A stretch of 48,620 nt of DNA from a bacterium (GCA_035388025.1 DAOOPA010000001.1:1-48620), one strand, 5' to 3'; counted from the first letter of the stretch, positions 7,707 to 16,742 are shown. Program-made: numbers and translations. The notes: generated by a model not told the origin, from the letters alone.

Positions 7707-8135
7707 ATGTTAGACAGTGATTCAACTTCATTTTGGGTTTTAGTTGAAATGATGAGAATCTTATTACCTTTAATTTTTATAGGTTTAGGTTTTTTGTTGG
7801 TTATTTTTTTAATAAAGAGAGGCCAACTATTTAGCAAAAAGAAGTTGAAGGTAGTTGCTTGGTTGCTGTTTTTCGTGTCATTTTTGGTGATATTATTTAT
7901 ACCTTGCGATAAAGAGTTAGAAGCAAAGATAGTTATTGCGTGGATGATAATTGTTGTGGTTATGTTGAGTATTTTTTTGTCTTTACTTTTAAGAAGCGAT
8001 AAATATAGAAATAGAGACAAGGAGGGGAGATTGTTGAGTGTTTTGGGTTTTGTGGCGACTTGGTTTGTGGTGATTTGGTTGTGTGCCTTGATCGCAGGGG
8101 CGGTTAGCTTTGGGCGTTGCGGTTTGAGGTTTTAG
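7707..8135 (+). CDS. hypothetical membrane protein (142 aa)
   Basis: About 4 hydrophobic helices, followed by a terminator at about 8154-8186. It is preferred over the antisense 7667..8020 ORF. Confidence 0.5.
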   Translation: MLDSDSTSFWVLVEMMRILLPLIFIGLGFLLVIFLIKRGQLFSKKKLKVVAWLLFFVSFLVILFIPCDKELEAKIVIAWMIIVVVMLSIFLSLLLRSDKYRNRDKEGRLLSVLGFVATWFVVIWLCALIAGAVSFGRCGLRF

Positions 8136-8203
8136 GTGTTTGGGGAGTTTAATAAAACAACCGGAGATTATCCGGTTTTTGTTTTATAATTCAGATATTG
8201 GTC

Positions 8204-8767
8204 CTAAATTTTATCACGAAGCTTTAGGTCGTAGATAATAGACTCAATTTTGTGAAGGTTGTGGCCGATGATTTCTAATTTGGTACGAGTAGCGCTGTTT
8301 CTGGTGATACTCAAGGGGATGGTCAGATTGTAGATGCCGGCGATATAGTCATGGATGGCTTTAACTTGTTTTTCATTTTGGTGGGCGAGACGCACGAGCT
8401 CGCCGGTTAGATCCGAGAGACCGCCAAGATAGGTATCGGGCGTGACTTGGAGGGAAACGGCACTTGGCAGGGGTTTGTTTTTTATATAATTATATAGAAG
8501 GATAGCTTCAACGTATTCTTCAAAGCCGATGCCAATGGCCGGATTGGCATAAAGATAGGGAAATTTTTTGAGTTTATTTTGCAAGGCAGAGAAAAGCTTA
8601 TTCATTTCGGGCAGGTTTTTGGCGACAGCTTCGGCGTGATCTTTGATCAAAAAACTGATAGTGCTTTTGGAAAGAATGCGTAAGCGATCAGAAAGATCCA
8701 TACAAGCGCTCCGTTCGCGATTATGTTCACTATAAAGTTTGTAGGGGATGGTCGGAAGTTTGGGCAT
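8204..8767 (-). CDS. translin-family protein (putative)
   Basis: The C-terminal half (TYLGGLSDLTGELVRLA...KIESIIYDLKLR) resembles the translin motifs DYLSGV...ELSRL...KVEEVVYDLSIR, recalled from memory. Confidence 0.5.
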   Translation of the reverse strand: MPKLPTIPYKLYSEHNRERSACMDLSDRLRILSKSTISFLIKDHAEAVAKNLPEMNKLFSALQNKLKKFPYLYANPAIGIGFEEYVEAILLYNYIKNKPLPSAVSLQVTPDTYLGGLSDLTGELVRLAHQNEKQVKAIHDYIAGIYNLTIPLSITRNSATRTKLEIIGHNLHKIESIIYDLKLRDKI

Positions 8768-8826
8768 ATAATTAAAATCAAAATTATGGTAGCCTGTTTC
8801 GCGGGATGAATTTATTAAAAATTTCT

Positions 8827-8902
8827 GGTGGGCATGCTGGGACTTGAACCCAGGACCCCCACTTTATAAGAGTGGTGCTCTAACCAGCTGAGCTACATGC
8901 CC
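8827..8902 (-). tRNA. tRNA-Ile (anticodon UAU), CCA encoded
   Basis: GGGCATGTAGCTCAGCTGGTTAGAGC, then anticodon arm CCACT-CTTATAA-AGTGG (anticodon TAT), then T arm CTGGGTTCAAGTCCCAG and ACCA. Confidence 0.85.
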
Positions 8903-8964
8903 GCAAATTAAGTCAAAATTAAAAGTTCAAAACTCAAAAGTAAAATAAGGAAAAATGTTTATTA

Positions 8965-9041
8965 TGGTGGGTCCGAGAGGAGTTGAACCTCTGACCTCTT
9001 GCGTGTCATGCAAGCGCTCTAACCAACTGAGCTACGAACCC
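8965..9041 (-). tRNA. tRNA-Val (anticodon GAC), CCA encoded
   Basis: GGGTTCGTAGCTCAGTTGGTTAGAGC, then anticodon arm CTTGC-ATGACAC-GCAAG, then CAGAGGTTCAACTCCTCT and ACCA. Confidence 0.9.
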
Positions 9042-9076
9042 AATTATTGACATTATAAAGGATTATTTTTTTATTT

Positions 9077-10216
9077 TCAATGGGCAGGACGAATCAATTC
9101 ACGCAATTGATTGATAACAAGTTGTTCGGCGAGAATTAATTGGCGTTCACTGAGCGTGAAAGAAGCTTGATTTTTGTGGCCAGAACCCTGCCAAGGGGCG
9201 GCTAAATCCAGGGCGTTATAGTTGGCAGAGGTATAAATTTGCCCAGCAATTGCGCCATCTGGTTGTTCGTAAAGTAAGACGGTTATATTAACCAGTGGAG
9301 AGCGGGAGATCAGTTCGGAGACTACACCGTGTAGGTCATCAATAGAACCGCCAGATTTTTGAAAGTCAGTTTGGCTAATGAGCGACCAGGCGAGTTTGTA
9401 GTGAGTATCTTGTTTGAGCCGAGCCAGAACCCGACCCCAGAGGTTGAGAGCGGAGATGGTTTTGTTTTTATTCAGGTTATTAATAATGAAAGATTGATCG
9501 GCGCCAGCGCGTAGCAGAGAGGAGGCAGTATGAAGAGTTTCCGGTGTGATGGAAGGGAGACGAAAGTTATCGGTTTTGGCGATCAAACCAGCAAGCAGGT
9601 TGGTGGCCATGGGAGCATCCAATAGTTCTTGGTGTTCGTCAGCGATAAGAGCGAGAATCAACTCAGAACAAGAAGAGATATTTAGGTCAATATAATTAAT
9701 TTGGCCATAGCGTTCGTTGGCTGGGTTGGTATCAAGATTGATGATGGTGGTTTGGAAGAAGAAGTCGGCGTGGTGGTGGTAAAGAGCGCCAAGGGAGTCC
9801 AAGTCAGGACAACCGGCGATAATAATCAAATCGTATTTGTAATTACTGTCCCCAAAGTTAATGGCCTCTTTGGCGAAACTATCTTTTTCCGGGGTGATAT
9901 AGATTTTTAGTTGTTCATCGCGAATGTCGTAGTTGAATTCTTTGATATTATTATCTTTGATATTGAGGGTGATAACTAGTTTTTTGAGAGGGTCGGCAGA
10001 GGAACGTATTTCTTCGGCGCCGGGCAGAAAAGAAAAACGTTGTAAGAGCGAGGGATCAACGACAAGGTCGGCCGGTTTGTTTATTTTTTTTAAAAAAAGT
10101 TTTAAGCTTAAAAGCGCGGCCAGGCCATCGCCTTGGTCATTTTTACTGGTCGTTAGGAGGATATGACTGGCATGGTCAATCAACTCGGAGATTTGTTGCT
10201 GTGGGCGGAGGGCCAT
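9077..10216 (-). CDS. DHH/DHHA1-family phosphoesterase paralog with degenerate catalytic motifs
   Basis: NrnA-like layout with GDGLAALLSL and C-terminal GSGHKNQASF (compare GGGGHTKAAGF in 12816..13814). The DHH position reads IINLDTNPAN. Confidence 0.55.
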   Translation of the reverse strand: MALRPQQQISELIDHASHILLTTSKNDQGDGLAALLSLKLFLKKINKPADLVVDPSLLQRFSFLPGAEEIRSSADPLKKLVITLNIKDNNIKEFNYDIRDEQLKIYITPEKDSFAKEAINFGDSNYKYDLIIIAGCPDLDSLGALYHHHADFFFQTTIINLDTNPANERYGQINYIDLNISSCSELILALIADEHQELLDAPMATNLLAGLIAKTDNFRLPSITPETLHTASSLLRAGADQSFIINNLNKNKTISALNLWGRVLARLKQDTHYKLAWSLISQTDFQKSGGSIDDLHGVVSELISRSPLVNITVLLYEQPDGAIAGQIYTSANYNALDLAAPWQGSGHKNQASFTLSERQLILAEQLVINQLRELIRPAH

Positions 10217-10332
10217 AAAAGGAGCTTAAAAAATATTAAGTTAATATATAGGAGGAGCGGTTGGGTGTCAAGGGCCTTTGAGCGAACTGAGGGCAAGGAC
10301 ACTAAAGTTAGATATTTGAGTGCTATCTTTAT

Positions 10333-10361
10333 TTGACTTAAGCCTGATTTTAACGTAAGAT
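10333..10361 (+). promoter_or_regulatory. sigma70-like promoter of infB (TTGACT-N17-TAAGAT), with the ATG 8 nt after the -10
   Basis: TTGACT at 10333-10338, a 17-nt spacer, and TAAGAT at 10356-10361. The ATG is at 10370 and no SD is present. Confidence 0.55.
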
Positions 10362-10369
10362 TGATTAAT

Positions 10370-12367
10370 ATGAACGTTACTGAATTGGCCAGAAAATTGA
10401 GAATTACCCCGAATAAGCTCAAAGAAATAATGCCTTTGATCGGTTTTGATATTGGTTCGAGAGCTATCAAGGTTGATCCCAAAATGGCGCAGGCAATTTT
10501 GGAAAAATTATCTGATCCGGCGGTAAGGGAAAAATATTTAAACGACACGGCGGCGGAAACAAAAAAAGAGTCAAGTCAGGAAAAAAGGGAAGGAGTTCCC
10601 GGACAGTCTCACCAGGTGGAAATACCGGAAAGAATTATAGTTAAGGAGCTGGCGAGAAGAATGAATGTCTCTCCGGCAAATTTAATTTTGGAGCTGATGA
10701 AAAACGGAGTGATGGCGCCGTTGAACCAGTATATTGATTTTGAAACAGCCTCGATTATTGCCGAAGATATGGGATACGTCGTGATTAAGACAGAAGAAGA
10801 AACAGAGAGAGAAGCGGAAACAGACCTAAAAAGCATTTTGGGGATAAAGCAAGAAACAGCTGGCGAGCGGCCCCCAATCATTGTAGTCATGGGCCACGTA
10901 GACCATGGGAAGACAAAACTATTAGATGCCATTCGTCAGACAAATATTATGGAAGGAGAGGCAGGGGGAATTACCCAGCATATTGGCGCTTATCAAGTGG
11001 AGAAAGATGGGCGAATATTGACTTTTATTGATACGCCCGGCCACGAGGCTTTTTCGGCGATGAGATCGCGCGGAGCCAAAGTGGCCGATATCGCCATACT
11101 TTTGGTGGCGGCTGACGATGGAGTCCAACCGCAGACAATAGAAGCCTTGGCGCATATTCGAAAAGCAGAACTGCCCTTTATTGTGGCGATTAATAAGATT
11201 GATAAACCAGGGGCAAACGTGGACAAGGTGAAAACCGATCTGGCCAATATTGGTTTAACACCGGAAGAGTGGGGCGGCAAGACAATTTGCGTGGAGGTAT
11301 CCGCCAAAGAAAAAATTAATATACCATTGCTTTTGGAAAATTTGTTTTTAATCGCGGATTTGAACAAAGACAAGATTGTGGCCAACATTGACGCGCCGGC
11401 AGCGGGTACCATTATTGAAACGCATATTGATAAGGGCGAAGGTCCGGTGGCAACTGTTTTGATTCAAAATGGAGTTTTGCGTAGAAATGATTTGGTAAAG
11501 ATTGGCAAGGTGCCAGGGAAAATAAGATTAATGAGGAGCTGGAAAGGGGAATTGGTAGAAGAGGCAAAGCCATCAATGCCAGTAAAAATTTTGGGAATGA
11601 AGGCCGTGCCCGGAGTGGGTGATATTTTACAAGCCATAGATGATCAAAGAGAGATGCGACGGCTGGTTAAGACCAAGGTGAAAGATTTTTCCAAAGCAAC
11701 CAAGGTTGGTTTCGACATGTCGGCAGACAATAAAGAGAGCGAGGAGGAGCAGCAAAAGCCAAGAATTAAAATAATTTTAAAGTCAGACGTGTTGGGTTCG
11801 GTGGAAGCGATTTTGGAGTCTTTGGACAAGATTGAAAAGAGGGACGTGGGAGTGGAAATAATCAAACAGGGACTTGGCAACATAACAGAAAAAGATATTG
11901 AACAGGCCTTTGGTTTGTCAGCAGTGGTTTTGGGTTTTAATGTCAAGATAACGCCAGAGGCCAAACGTCTGGCGGCGGACAAAAATGTAGAGACGGAAGT
12001 TTTTAGGGTGATTTATGATTTGTTGGATTTTATAGAAAAGAAAGTAGTTGAGTTGGCGGGAGTAGAAATAGTAGAAAAGGAAATAGGCAGGTTGAGAATA
12101 TTGGTAATATTTAGAACAGAAAAAAAAGAACAAATTGTTGGCGGTCGGGTTGAGTCCGGTAAGGCTGTCGGAGGAGTGAAGGGTCGGGTAGAGCGCAGAG
12201 GAGAGATCGTCGGTGAAGTAGAGATAAAAGAGGTGGAAGCTGGGCGAACAAAAGTAAAAGAGGTGGCTGAAGGGCAGGAGTGCGGAATGAGGGTGGCAGG
12301 CAGACTGATCTTGGAAAAAAACGATCAGGTGCGGATATTTATTGCAGAAGAAAAAAAACATGAATGA
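10370..12367 (+). CDS. infB: translation initiation factor IF-2
   Basis: GTPase motifs VMGHVDHGKTKLLD, DTPGHEAF and NKID, plus C-terminal IF-2 domains. The start is moved to the first ATG (MNVTELARKL), because the track start at 10361 is a TTG. Confidence 0.9.
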   Translation: MNVTELARKLRITPNKLKEIMPLIGFDIGSRAIKVDPKMAQAILEKLSDPAVREKYLNDTAAETKKESSQEKREGVPGQSHQVEIPERIIVKELARRMNVSPANLILELMKNGVMAPLNQYIDFETASIIAEDMGYVVIKTEEETEREAETDLKSILGIKQETAGERPPIIVVMGHVDHGKTKLLDAIRQTNIMEGEAGGITQHIGAYQVEKDGRILTFIDTPGHEAFSAMRSRGAKVADIAILLVAADDGVQPQTIEALAHIRKAELPFIVAINKIDKPGANVDKVKTDLANIGLTPEEWGGKTICVEVSAKEKINIPLLLENLFLIADLNKDKIVANIDAPAAGTIIETHIDKGEGPVATVLIQNGVLRRNDLVKIGKVPGKIRLMRSWKGELVEEAKPSMPVKILGMKAVPGVGDILQAIDDQREMRRLVKTKVKDFSKATKVGFDMSADNKESEEEQQKPRIKIILKSDVLGSVEAILESLDKIEKRDVGVEIIKQGLGNITEKDIEQAFGLSAVVLGFNVKITPEAKRLAADKNVETEVFRVIYDLLDFIEKKVVELAGVEIVEKEIGRLRILVIFRTEKKEQIVGGRVESGKAVGGVKGRVERRGEIVGEVEIKEVEAGRTKVKEVAEGQECGMRVAGRLILEKNDQVRIFIAEEKKHE

Positions 12368-12722
12368 TAATTATAAAAAAGAAAAATTGAACAATTTTAT
12401 ACATCAAGAATTGGCCGAGGTAATACGTCAGGAGGTGGAATTTGGCCAGGGGGTTTTGGTAAGTATTGGGGAAGTTGTGTGCACTTCAGATTTGGGCGTG
12501 GCCAAGGTGTGGTTGAGTGTTTGGCCAGAGGCGGCGGCAGTTAAGGCGCTGGCGCTTTTGGATAAACAAAAGGTTTTATTGAGAAGCCAGTTGGCAAAAA
12601 AGATAGAAATGAGAAGGGTGCCCAAGCTAAGATTTATAATTGATAAAGATGAGATAGAAGATGAACGCCAGAGGAATAAAGTAGAGGAGATATTAAAGAA
12701 GATCAAAAGAGAGGAAAAATAA
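12360..12722 (+). CDS. rbfA: ribosome-binding factor A
   Basis: NNFIHQELAEVIRQEV...VSIGEVVCTSDLGVAKVWLSVW. The ATG at 12360 overlaps the infB stop by 8 nt. Confidence 0.8.
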   Translation: MNDNYKKEKLNNFIHQELAEVIRQEVEFGQGVLVSIGEVVCTSDLGVAKVWLSVWPEAAAVKALALLDKQKVLLRSQLAKKIEMRRVPKLRFIIDKDEIEDERQRNKVEEILKKIKREEK

Positions 12723-12778
12723 AACAAGTTGAATCCCGGATGGCCGGGATTTATTATTTGATGAGGTTTTTTGTATTC

Positions 12779-12807
12779 TTGACGTCGGAGTGATTTATTG
12801 ATAGACT
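12779..12807 (+). promoter_or_regulatory. sigma70-like promoter (TTGACG-N17-TAGACT), with the ATG 8 nt after the -10
   Basis: TTGACG at 12779-12784 and TAGACT at 12802-12807, with the ATG at 12816. Confidence 0.5.
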
Positions 12808-12815
12808 GTTTTGAT

Positions 12816-13814
12816 ATGCAACAAATTTTTGATAATCAAGTAAATTTAGATAGTCAGTGGGATAAAGAGGCCTTGGGAAGGGTTAAAGAAAAGCTGAGCA
12901 GAGCGAATAATATTTTAATTTTTACTCATAAGAATCCGGACACTGACGCGATTGGCTCAGTGATGACTTTGGCTAGATATTTGAAACAGATTGGCAAAGA
13001 ACCGAAAATTTTTTTATCCAAGCCATTGGCGGGTAATTTTTTTTATCTCAAAGAACCGGTCAAGGTAATTGAAGAGAAAGAGCTGGGGAAGGACGAATAT
13101 GAGTTGATTATTGGATTGGATTGTTCCAATCTAGATTGGAGCGGGGCGGAGAATATTTTTCGACAAAAAAAAGACGCCGGCGTTTTTTTTATTAATATCG
13201 ATCATCATCCAAACAGCAATTATGCAGATATTAATATCGTGGATAGTAAAAGCGCTTCAACTTCTTTGGTTTTGTATAAAATTTTTAAGATTTGGGGGGT
13301 GAAAATAGAAGCAAGTCTAGCAACAAAGATTTTGGCCGGCATTGTCGCTGATACCAATAGCTTTTCCAACGGCGCGACGAGCGTAGAGGCTTATAGCGTG
13401 GCCGGAGAGCTTTTGGCAATGGGGGCGCAATATAATTATGTTATTAATAAAATTCAGAAAAACGAGCATAATGGCTGGTTTGGCTCGTGGGCGAGACTAT
13501 TATCAAGATTGACTAAAAATGATAAGATTAAATTGGCTTACTCGGTGGTTTTGCCCGAAGATGAGCAGTTGGGAGAGGGCGGTGTTTTGGACGGAGCGAC
13601 TAATTTTTTGAGCAACCTTGAGGGCATGCGCCTAGCGATGGTTTTGAAAGAAAACGATGAGGGTGAAATAAAGGTGAGCCTGCGCGCTATCGAGAGAAAT
13701 GTCGATGTCTTACGGATAGCCCAGTATTTCGGCGGCGGCGGACACACAAAAGCGGCGGGTTTTTCGGTCAGGGGGCGATTGGAAAGAGAAGGAAATTATT
13801 GGCAAGTAGTATAG
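12816..13814 (+). CDS. nrnA: DHH-family oligoribonuclease / pAp phosphatase NrnA
   Basis: THKNPDTDAIGS, INIDHHPN and GGGGHTKAAGF. The position after rbfA is the usual synteny. Confidence 0.8.
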   Translation: MQQIFDNQVNLDSQWDKEALGRVKEKLSRANNILIFTHKNPDTDAIGSVMTLARYLKQIGKEPKIFLSKPLAGNFFYLKEPVKVIEEKELGKDEYELIIGLDCSNLDWSGAENIFRQKKDAGVFFINIDHHPNSNYADINIVDSKSASTSLVLYKIFKIWGVKIEASLATKILAGIVADTNSFSNGATSVEAYSVAGELLAMGAQYNYVINKIQKNEHNGWFGSWARLLSRLTKNDKIKLAYSVVLPEDEQLGEGGVLDGATNFLSNLEGMRLAMVLKENDEGEIKVSLRAIERNVDVLRIAQYFGGGGHTKAAGFSVRGRLEREGNYWQVV

Positions 13815-13827
13815 ATAGACAGAAGTC

Positions 13828-13873
13828 TATCCCGAACTCTGCATGAGGTTTTGCGGAATGAGGGATCCCGACT
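13828..13873 (-). repeat. CGGGATCCCTC...TCGGGATA element, copy C (inverted orientation)
   Basis: The reverse complement reads GTCGGGATCCCTCATTCCGCAAAACCTCATGCAGAGTTCGGGATA. It aligns by eye with copies at 13913-13964 and 15443-15483. Confidence 0.45.
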
Positions 13874-13912
13874 AAATTCATACTAAATATATTTTTTATA
13901 ATTTCGTTGCGG

Positions 13913-13964
13913 CACGGGTGCCCTCGGCCCATCCGTGGAAATTCAGGCGGGGTCGCTCGGGACA
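13913..13964 (+). repeat. CACGGG..CCCTC...GCGGGGTCG..GGGA element, copy B (upstream of clpP)
   Basis: CACGGGTGCCCTCGGCCCATCCGTGGAAATTCAGGCGGGGTCGCTCGGGACA aligns with copy A. Confidence 0.45.
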
Positions 13965-13990
13965 GGTTTAATAAAGTAAAATATAAATAT

Positions 13991-14575
13991 ATGTTTTTAA
14001 TACCAACAGTAATTGAAAAGTCACAAATGGGCGAGCGGGCTTACGATATTTATTCGCGTCTTTTGAAGGACCGGATAATTTTTTTGGGCGATACAATCAG
14101 CGATCCTCTGGCCAATACAGTGATCGCCCAATTTTTGCTTTTGGATTCACAAAACAAAGACAAGGATATTAAATTGTATATAAATTCGCCGGGCGGTTCG
14201 GTAACGGCCGGGTTGGCGATTTATGATACGATGCAATATATCAAAGCGCCGGTTCAGACGATTTGTATCGGTATGGCGGCCAGCATGGCGGCAGTGCTTT
14301 TGGCGGCTGGCACCAAAAACAAAAGATTTGCTTTGCCAAACGCAGAAATAATGTTGCACCAGGTAATGGGCGGGGCTGAGGGACAGGCAAGCGATGTAAA
14401 AATCAGAGCAGAGCATATTTTAAAGATAAAAGACAAATTAAATAAAATAATCGCGGTGCACACAGGCCAAAACATGAATAAAATAGAAAGCGACACAGAT
14501 CGAGATTATTTTATGAGCGCGGAGGAGGCCAAAAAATATGGAATTATTGACAAGATAATTCAAGCCGGTTCGTGA
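13991..14575 (+). CDS. clpP: ATP-dependent Clp protease proteolytic subunit
   Basis: [38 protein letters not shown] and MLHQ. The start is moved to the ATG at 13991 because the track start at 13907 is a TTG lying inside a repeat. Confidence 0.9.
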   Translation: MFLIPTVIEKSQMGERAYDIYSRLLKDRIIFLGDTISDPLANTVIAQFLLLDSQNKDKDIKLYINSPGGSVTAGLAIYDTMQYIKAPVQTICIGMAASMAAVLLAAGTKNKRFALPNAEIMLHQVMGGAEGQASDVKIRAEHILKIKDKLNKIIAVHTGQNMNKIESDTDRDYFMSAEEAKKYGIIDKIIQAGS

Positions 14576-14631
14576 TTTGCCAAAAGGGCAGAAAAATTAT
14601 AAGATAACAATAAATTAATTGAGACAAAATT

Positions 14632-14856
14632 ATGTCAACACCAACTCAAAAGCACACCAGATCGAGAAAAAATATTAGACGCGGAGCGTTGAAACTAAAA
14701 TCAACCTCTTTGGCAGAGTGTTCCAAGTGCAAGAGGCCAATCAGGCCACATACCGCTTGCGCCTTTTGCGGGAGTTATAAAGGCAAAGCGGCCGTTAAGG
14801 TAAGGGTGCCGAAGTCTTTGAGAAAAGCGAAAAAACAGGAAAAGCCTAAAAAGTAA
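14632..14856 (+). CDS. rpmF: 50S ribosomal protein bL32
   Basis: PTQKHTRSRKNIRR plus the zinc ribbon CSKCKRPIRPHTACAFCGSY. Confidence 0.85.
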   Translation: MSTPTQKHTRSRKNIRRGALKLKSTSLAECSKCKRPIRPHTACAFCGSYKGKAAVKVRVPKSLRKAKKQEKPKK

Positions 14857-14907
14857 TTTGTATATAGCAACTAGCGGCTAGAAATATATAAAATTAAAAA
14901 TAAAAAT

Positions 14908-15381
14908 ATGTCCAATCGTCATTTAGCCAGAACCGTGGCAATGCAAATTTTATTTGAATGGGATTTTAATAATCGTTCAGAGAAATTGAGCGAGGTTATA
15001 AATTATAACGTGAATGAGTTTGCGGTTGGATTGGACGAAGAAAGAGACTTTATTGAAAAATTGGTAAGGGGGGTGGTAAAGAACATGGCGGAGATTGACG
15101 AGACGATTGTCAAATACGCTCCAGAGTGGCCAATCGAGAAGATAACCATTATTGATCGGAGTGTTTTACGTTTGGGGATTTATGAGTTGATGATTGACAG
15201 AGAGGTGCCACCCAAGGTAGCGATCAACGAATCAATAGAAGTGGCCAAGGCTTATGGCGGAGAATCATCTGGTCGCTTTGTGAATGGAGTTCTGGGGTCG
15301 GTATATCGAGAGATAGAGGACAAGGATAGCGGGGTGATCACACCAGAGAGCCTGAAGAAACAGAAAACAGAGAAGATATAA
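14908..15381 (+). CDS. nusB: transcription antitermination factor NusB
   Basis: RHLARTVAMQILFEWDF and NESIEVAKAYGGESSGRFVNGVLG. Confidence 0.85.
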   Translation: MSNRHLARTVAMQILFEWDFNNRSEKLSEVINYNVNEFAVGLDEERDFIEKLVRGVVKNMAEIDETIVKYAPEWPIEKITIIDRSVLRLGIYELMIDREVPPKVAINESIEVAKAYGGESSGRFVNGVLGSVYREIEDKDSGVITPESLKKQKTEKI

Positions 15382-15442
15382 GATTTATGATTTAAGATTT
15401 AGGAATATTTATATAAATTAATCAAAACAAAGAGTATCTTGA

Positions 15443-15483
15443 CACGGGATCCCTCCTCGCAGAACTCAAGCGGGGTCGGGATA
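15443..15483 (+). repeat. CACGGGATCCCTC...GCGGGGTCGGGATA element, copy A (upstream of rnc)
   Basis: CACGGGATCCCTCCTCGCAGAACTCAAGCGGGGTCGGGATA. GATCCC can pair with GGGGTC through one U-G pair. Confidence 0.45.
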
Positions 15484-15498
15484 AATTAAAAATAATTT

Positions 15499-16209
15499 AT
15501 GGAAAAAAGAGAGCAGTTGCAAGAGCTGGAAACAGCGATTGAGATCGTTTTTAAGGATAAAAATTTTTTAAAAGAAGCCTTGGTGCATCGTTCTTATATA
15601 AATGAACATCCGAGTTTTGCTCTGGGTCACAATGAACGGTTGGAATTTTTGGGTGATGCGGTTTTGGAGTTGGTGGTGACTGAATATTTGTTTAAAAATT
15701 ATCCAAATCCCGAGGGCGAGTTGACCAACTGGCGGGCGGCTCTGGTCAACGCCAAGATGCTGGCCGAAGTTGGAAGTACTTTTGATTTATATAGCTATCT
15801 TTATTTATCACGAGGTGAGTCAAAAGACAATAATGCCAAAGCCAAGAATTATATTTTGGCCAATGCGGTAGAAGCTCTAATCGGAGCTATTTATCTGGAT
15901 CAGGGTTTTGGGGTAGCCAAGCAATTCATTAGCAGGGTTTTATTGATCAGATTGGACTATATTTTGGAACATAAGTTGTATATGGATGCCAAGTCACATT
16001 TTCAAGAGATTACCCAAGAAAAGATGGGTATTACGCCGAATTATAAAGTGGTGGAAGAGAGCGGGCCAGACCATAATAAGAAATTTGTAGTCGGGGTTTA
16101 TCTGGGAGAAGAATCAATTGCTCTTGGCGAAGGTACGAGCAAGCAGGAAGCCCAGATGGCGGCGGCGGAAAACGCACTAATACAGTGGGAGAACGAGGGG
16201 AAGATATAG
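15499..16209 (+). CDS. rnc: ribonuclease III
   Basis: The signature NERLEFLGDAVLELVVTEYLF, plus a C-terminal dsRBD (GPDHNKKFVVGV...GTSKQEAQMAAAENAL). Confidence 0.9.
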   Translation: MEKREQLQELETAIEIVFKDKNFLKEALVHRSYINEHPSFALGHNERLEFLGDAVLELVVTEYLFKNYPNPEGELTNWRAALVNAKMLAEVGSTFDLYSYLYLSRGESKDNNAKAKNYILANAVEALIGAIYLDQGFGVAKQFISRVLLIRLDYILEHKLYMDAKSHFQEITQEKMGITPNYKVVEESGPDHNKKFVVGVYLGEESIALGEGTSKQEAQMAAAENALIQWENEGKI

Positions 16210-16441
16210 GCCGGTAGGCGAGTGGGTTGGTAGGGATGTAGGATCGCAGGAATTGATAAAATCCAAAATCCTAAATCCAAAATAAGCACCAAGCTCAAAA
16301 TCCAAAATAATACATTAAGAATAATAGGGCGTTCAAGAGGCGCTCTTTTTTGGTATGATGTATAAAGTATTATGTATAAAGGGTAGGGATGTCTGGCCGG
16401 GAATTTTTGCCTCCCTGAAAAAGGGAGGGGAGATGAGGGGT

Positions 16442-16470
16442 TTGACTAATTTTGGGGAAATGATACTGTT
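16442..16470 (+). promoter_or_regulatory. candidate promoter (TTGACT, 16-nt spacer, extended -10 TGATACTGT)
   Basis: TTGACT at 16442-16447 and TG-A-TACTGT at 16462-16470. It would give a leader of about 265 nt before the ATG at 16743. Confidence 0.35.
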
Positions 16471-16742
16471 AAAGTACAATTCACTGTGGTAAAACAAAGA
16501 TACAAAAAAGCAACTACAAATAAAACCGGGTGTTGAGCGTCGAAAACCCGGAGAAAGGAGGGAAAGAGTTCCAAATGATGGATGACAGGGGGAATGAGAA
16601 GCGGGATTAATCTCGCTTAATGGCAGATTGACTGCCGTGGTTTTGGAATAGCACTACTCCAATTGGGAGTATCTATTTCCGCGACCAACATTTTTAGTAA
16701 GGCTGTTTTTTTAACTCACGTGAGCTGAAAGGAGGAATCCTT

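Noticed and set aside
10609-12361. Multiple antisense ORFs of 77-147 aa inside infB, and similar ones inside glyA, tig, the ABC transporter and Elp3
   Set aside because: Each lies opposite a strongly conserved coding frame, with low-complexity translations. They are typical shadow ORFs.
13907-13990. N-terminal 28-aa extension of ClpP in the ORF track ([15 protein letters not shown]...)
   Set aside because: It starts at a TTG inside the GC-rich repeat copy B. The conserved ClpP sequence begins at the ATG at 13991.
16258-16310. Short repeated words (AAATCCAAAAT and similar) as a CRISPR array
   Set aside because: The units are 7-9 nt with no unique spacers of 25-40 nt, no constant 24-37-nt repeat, and no cas genes. 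They are simple-sequence word repeats.
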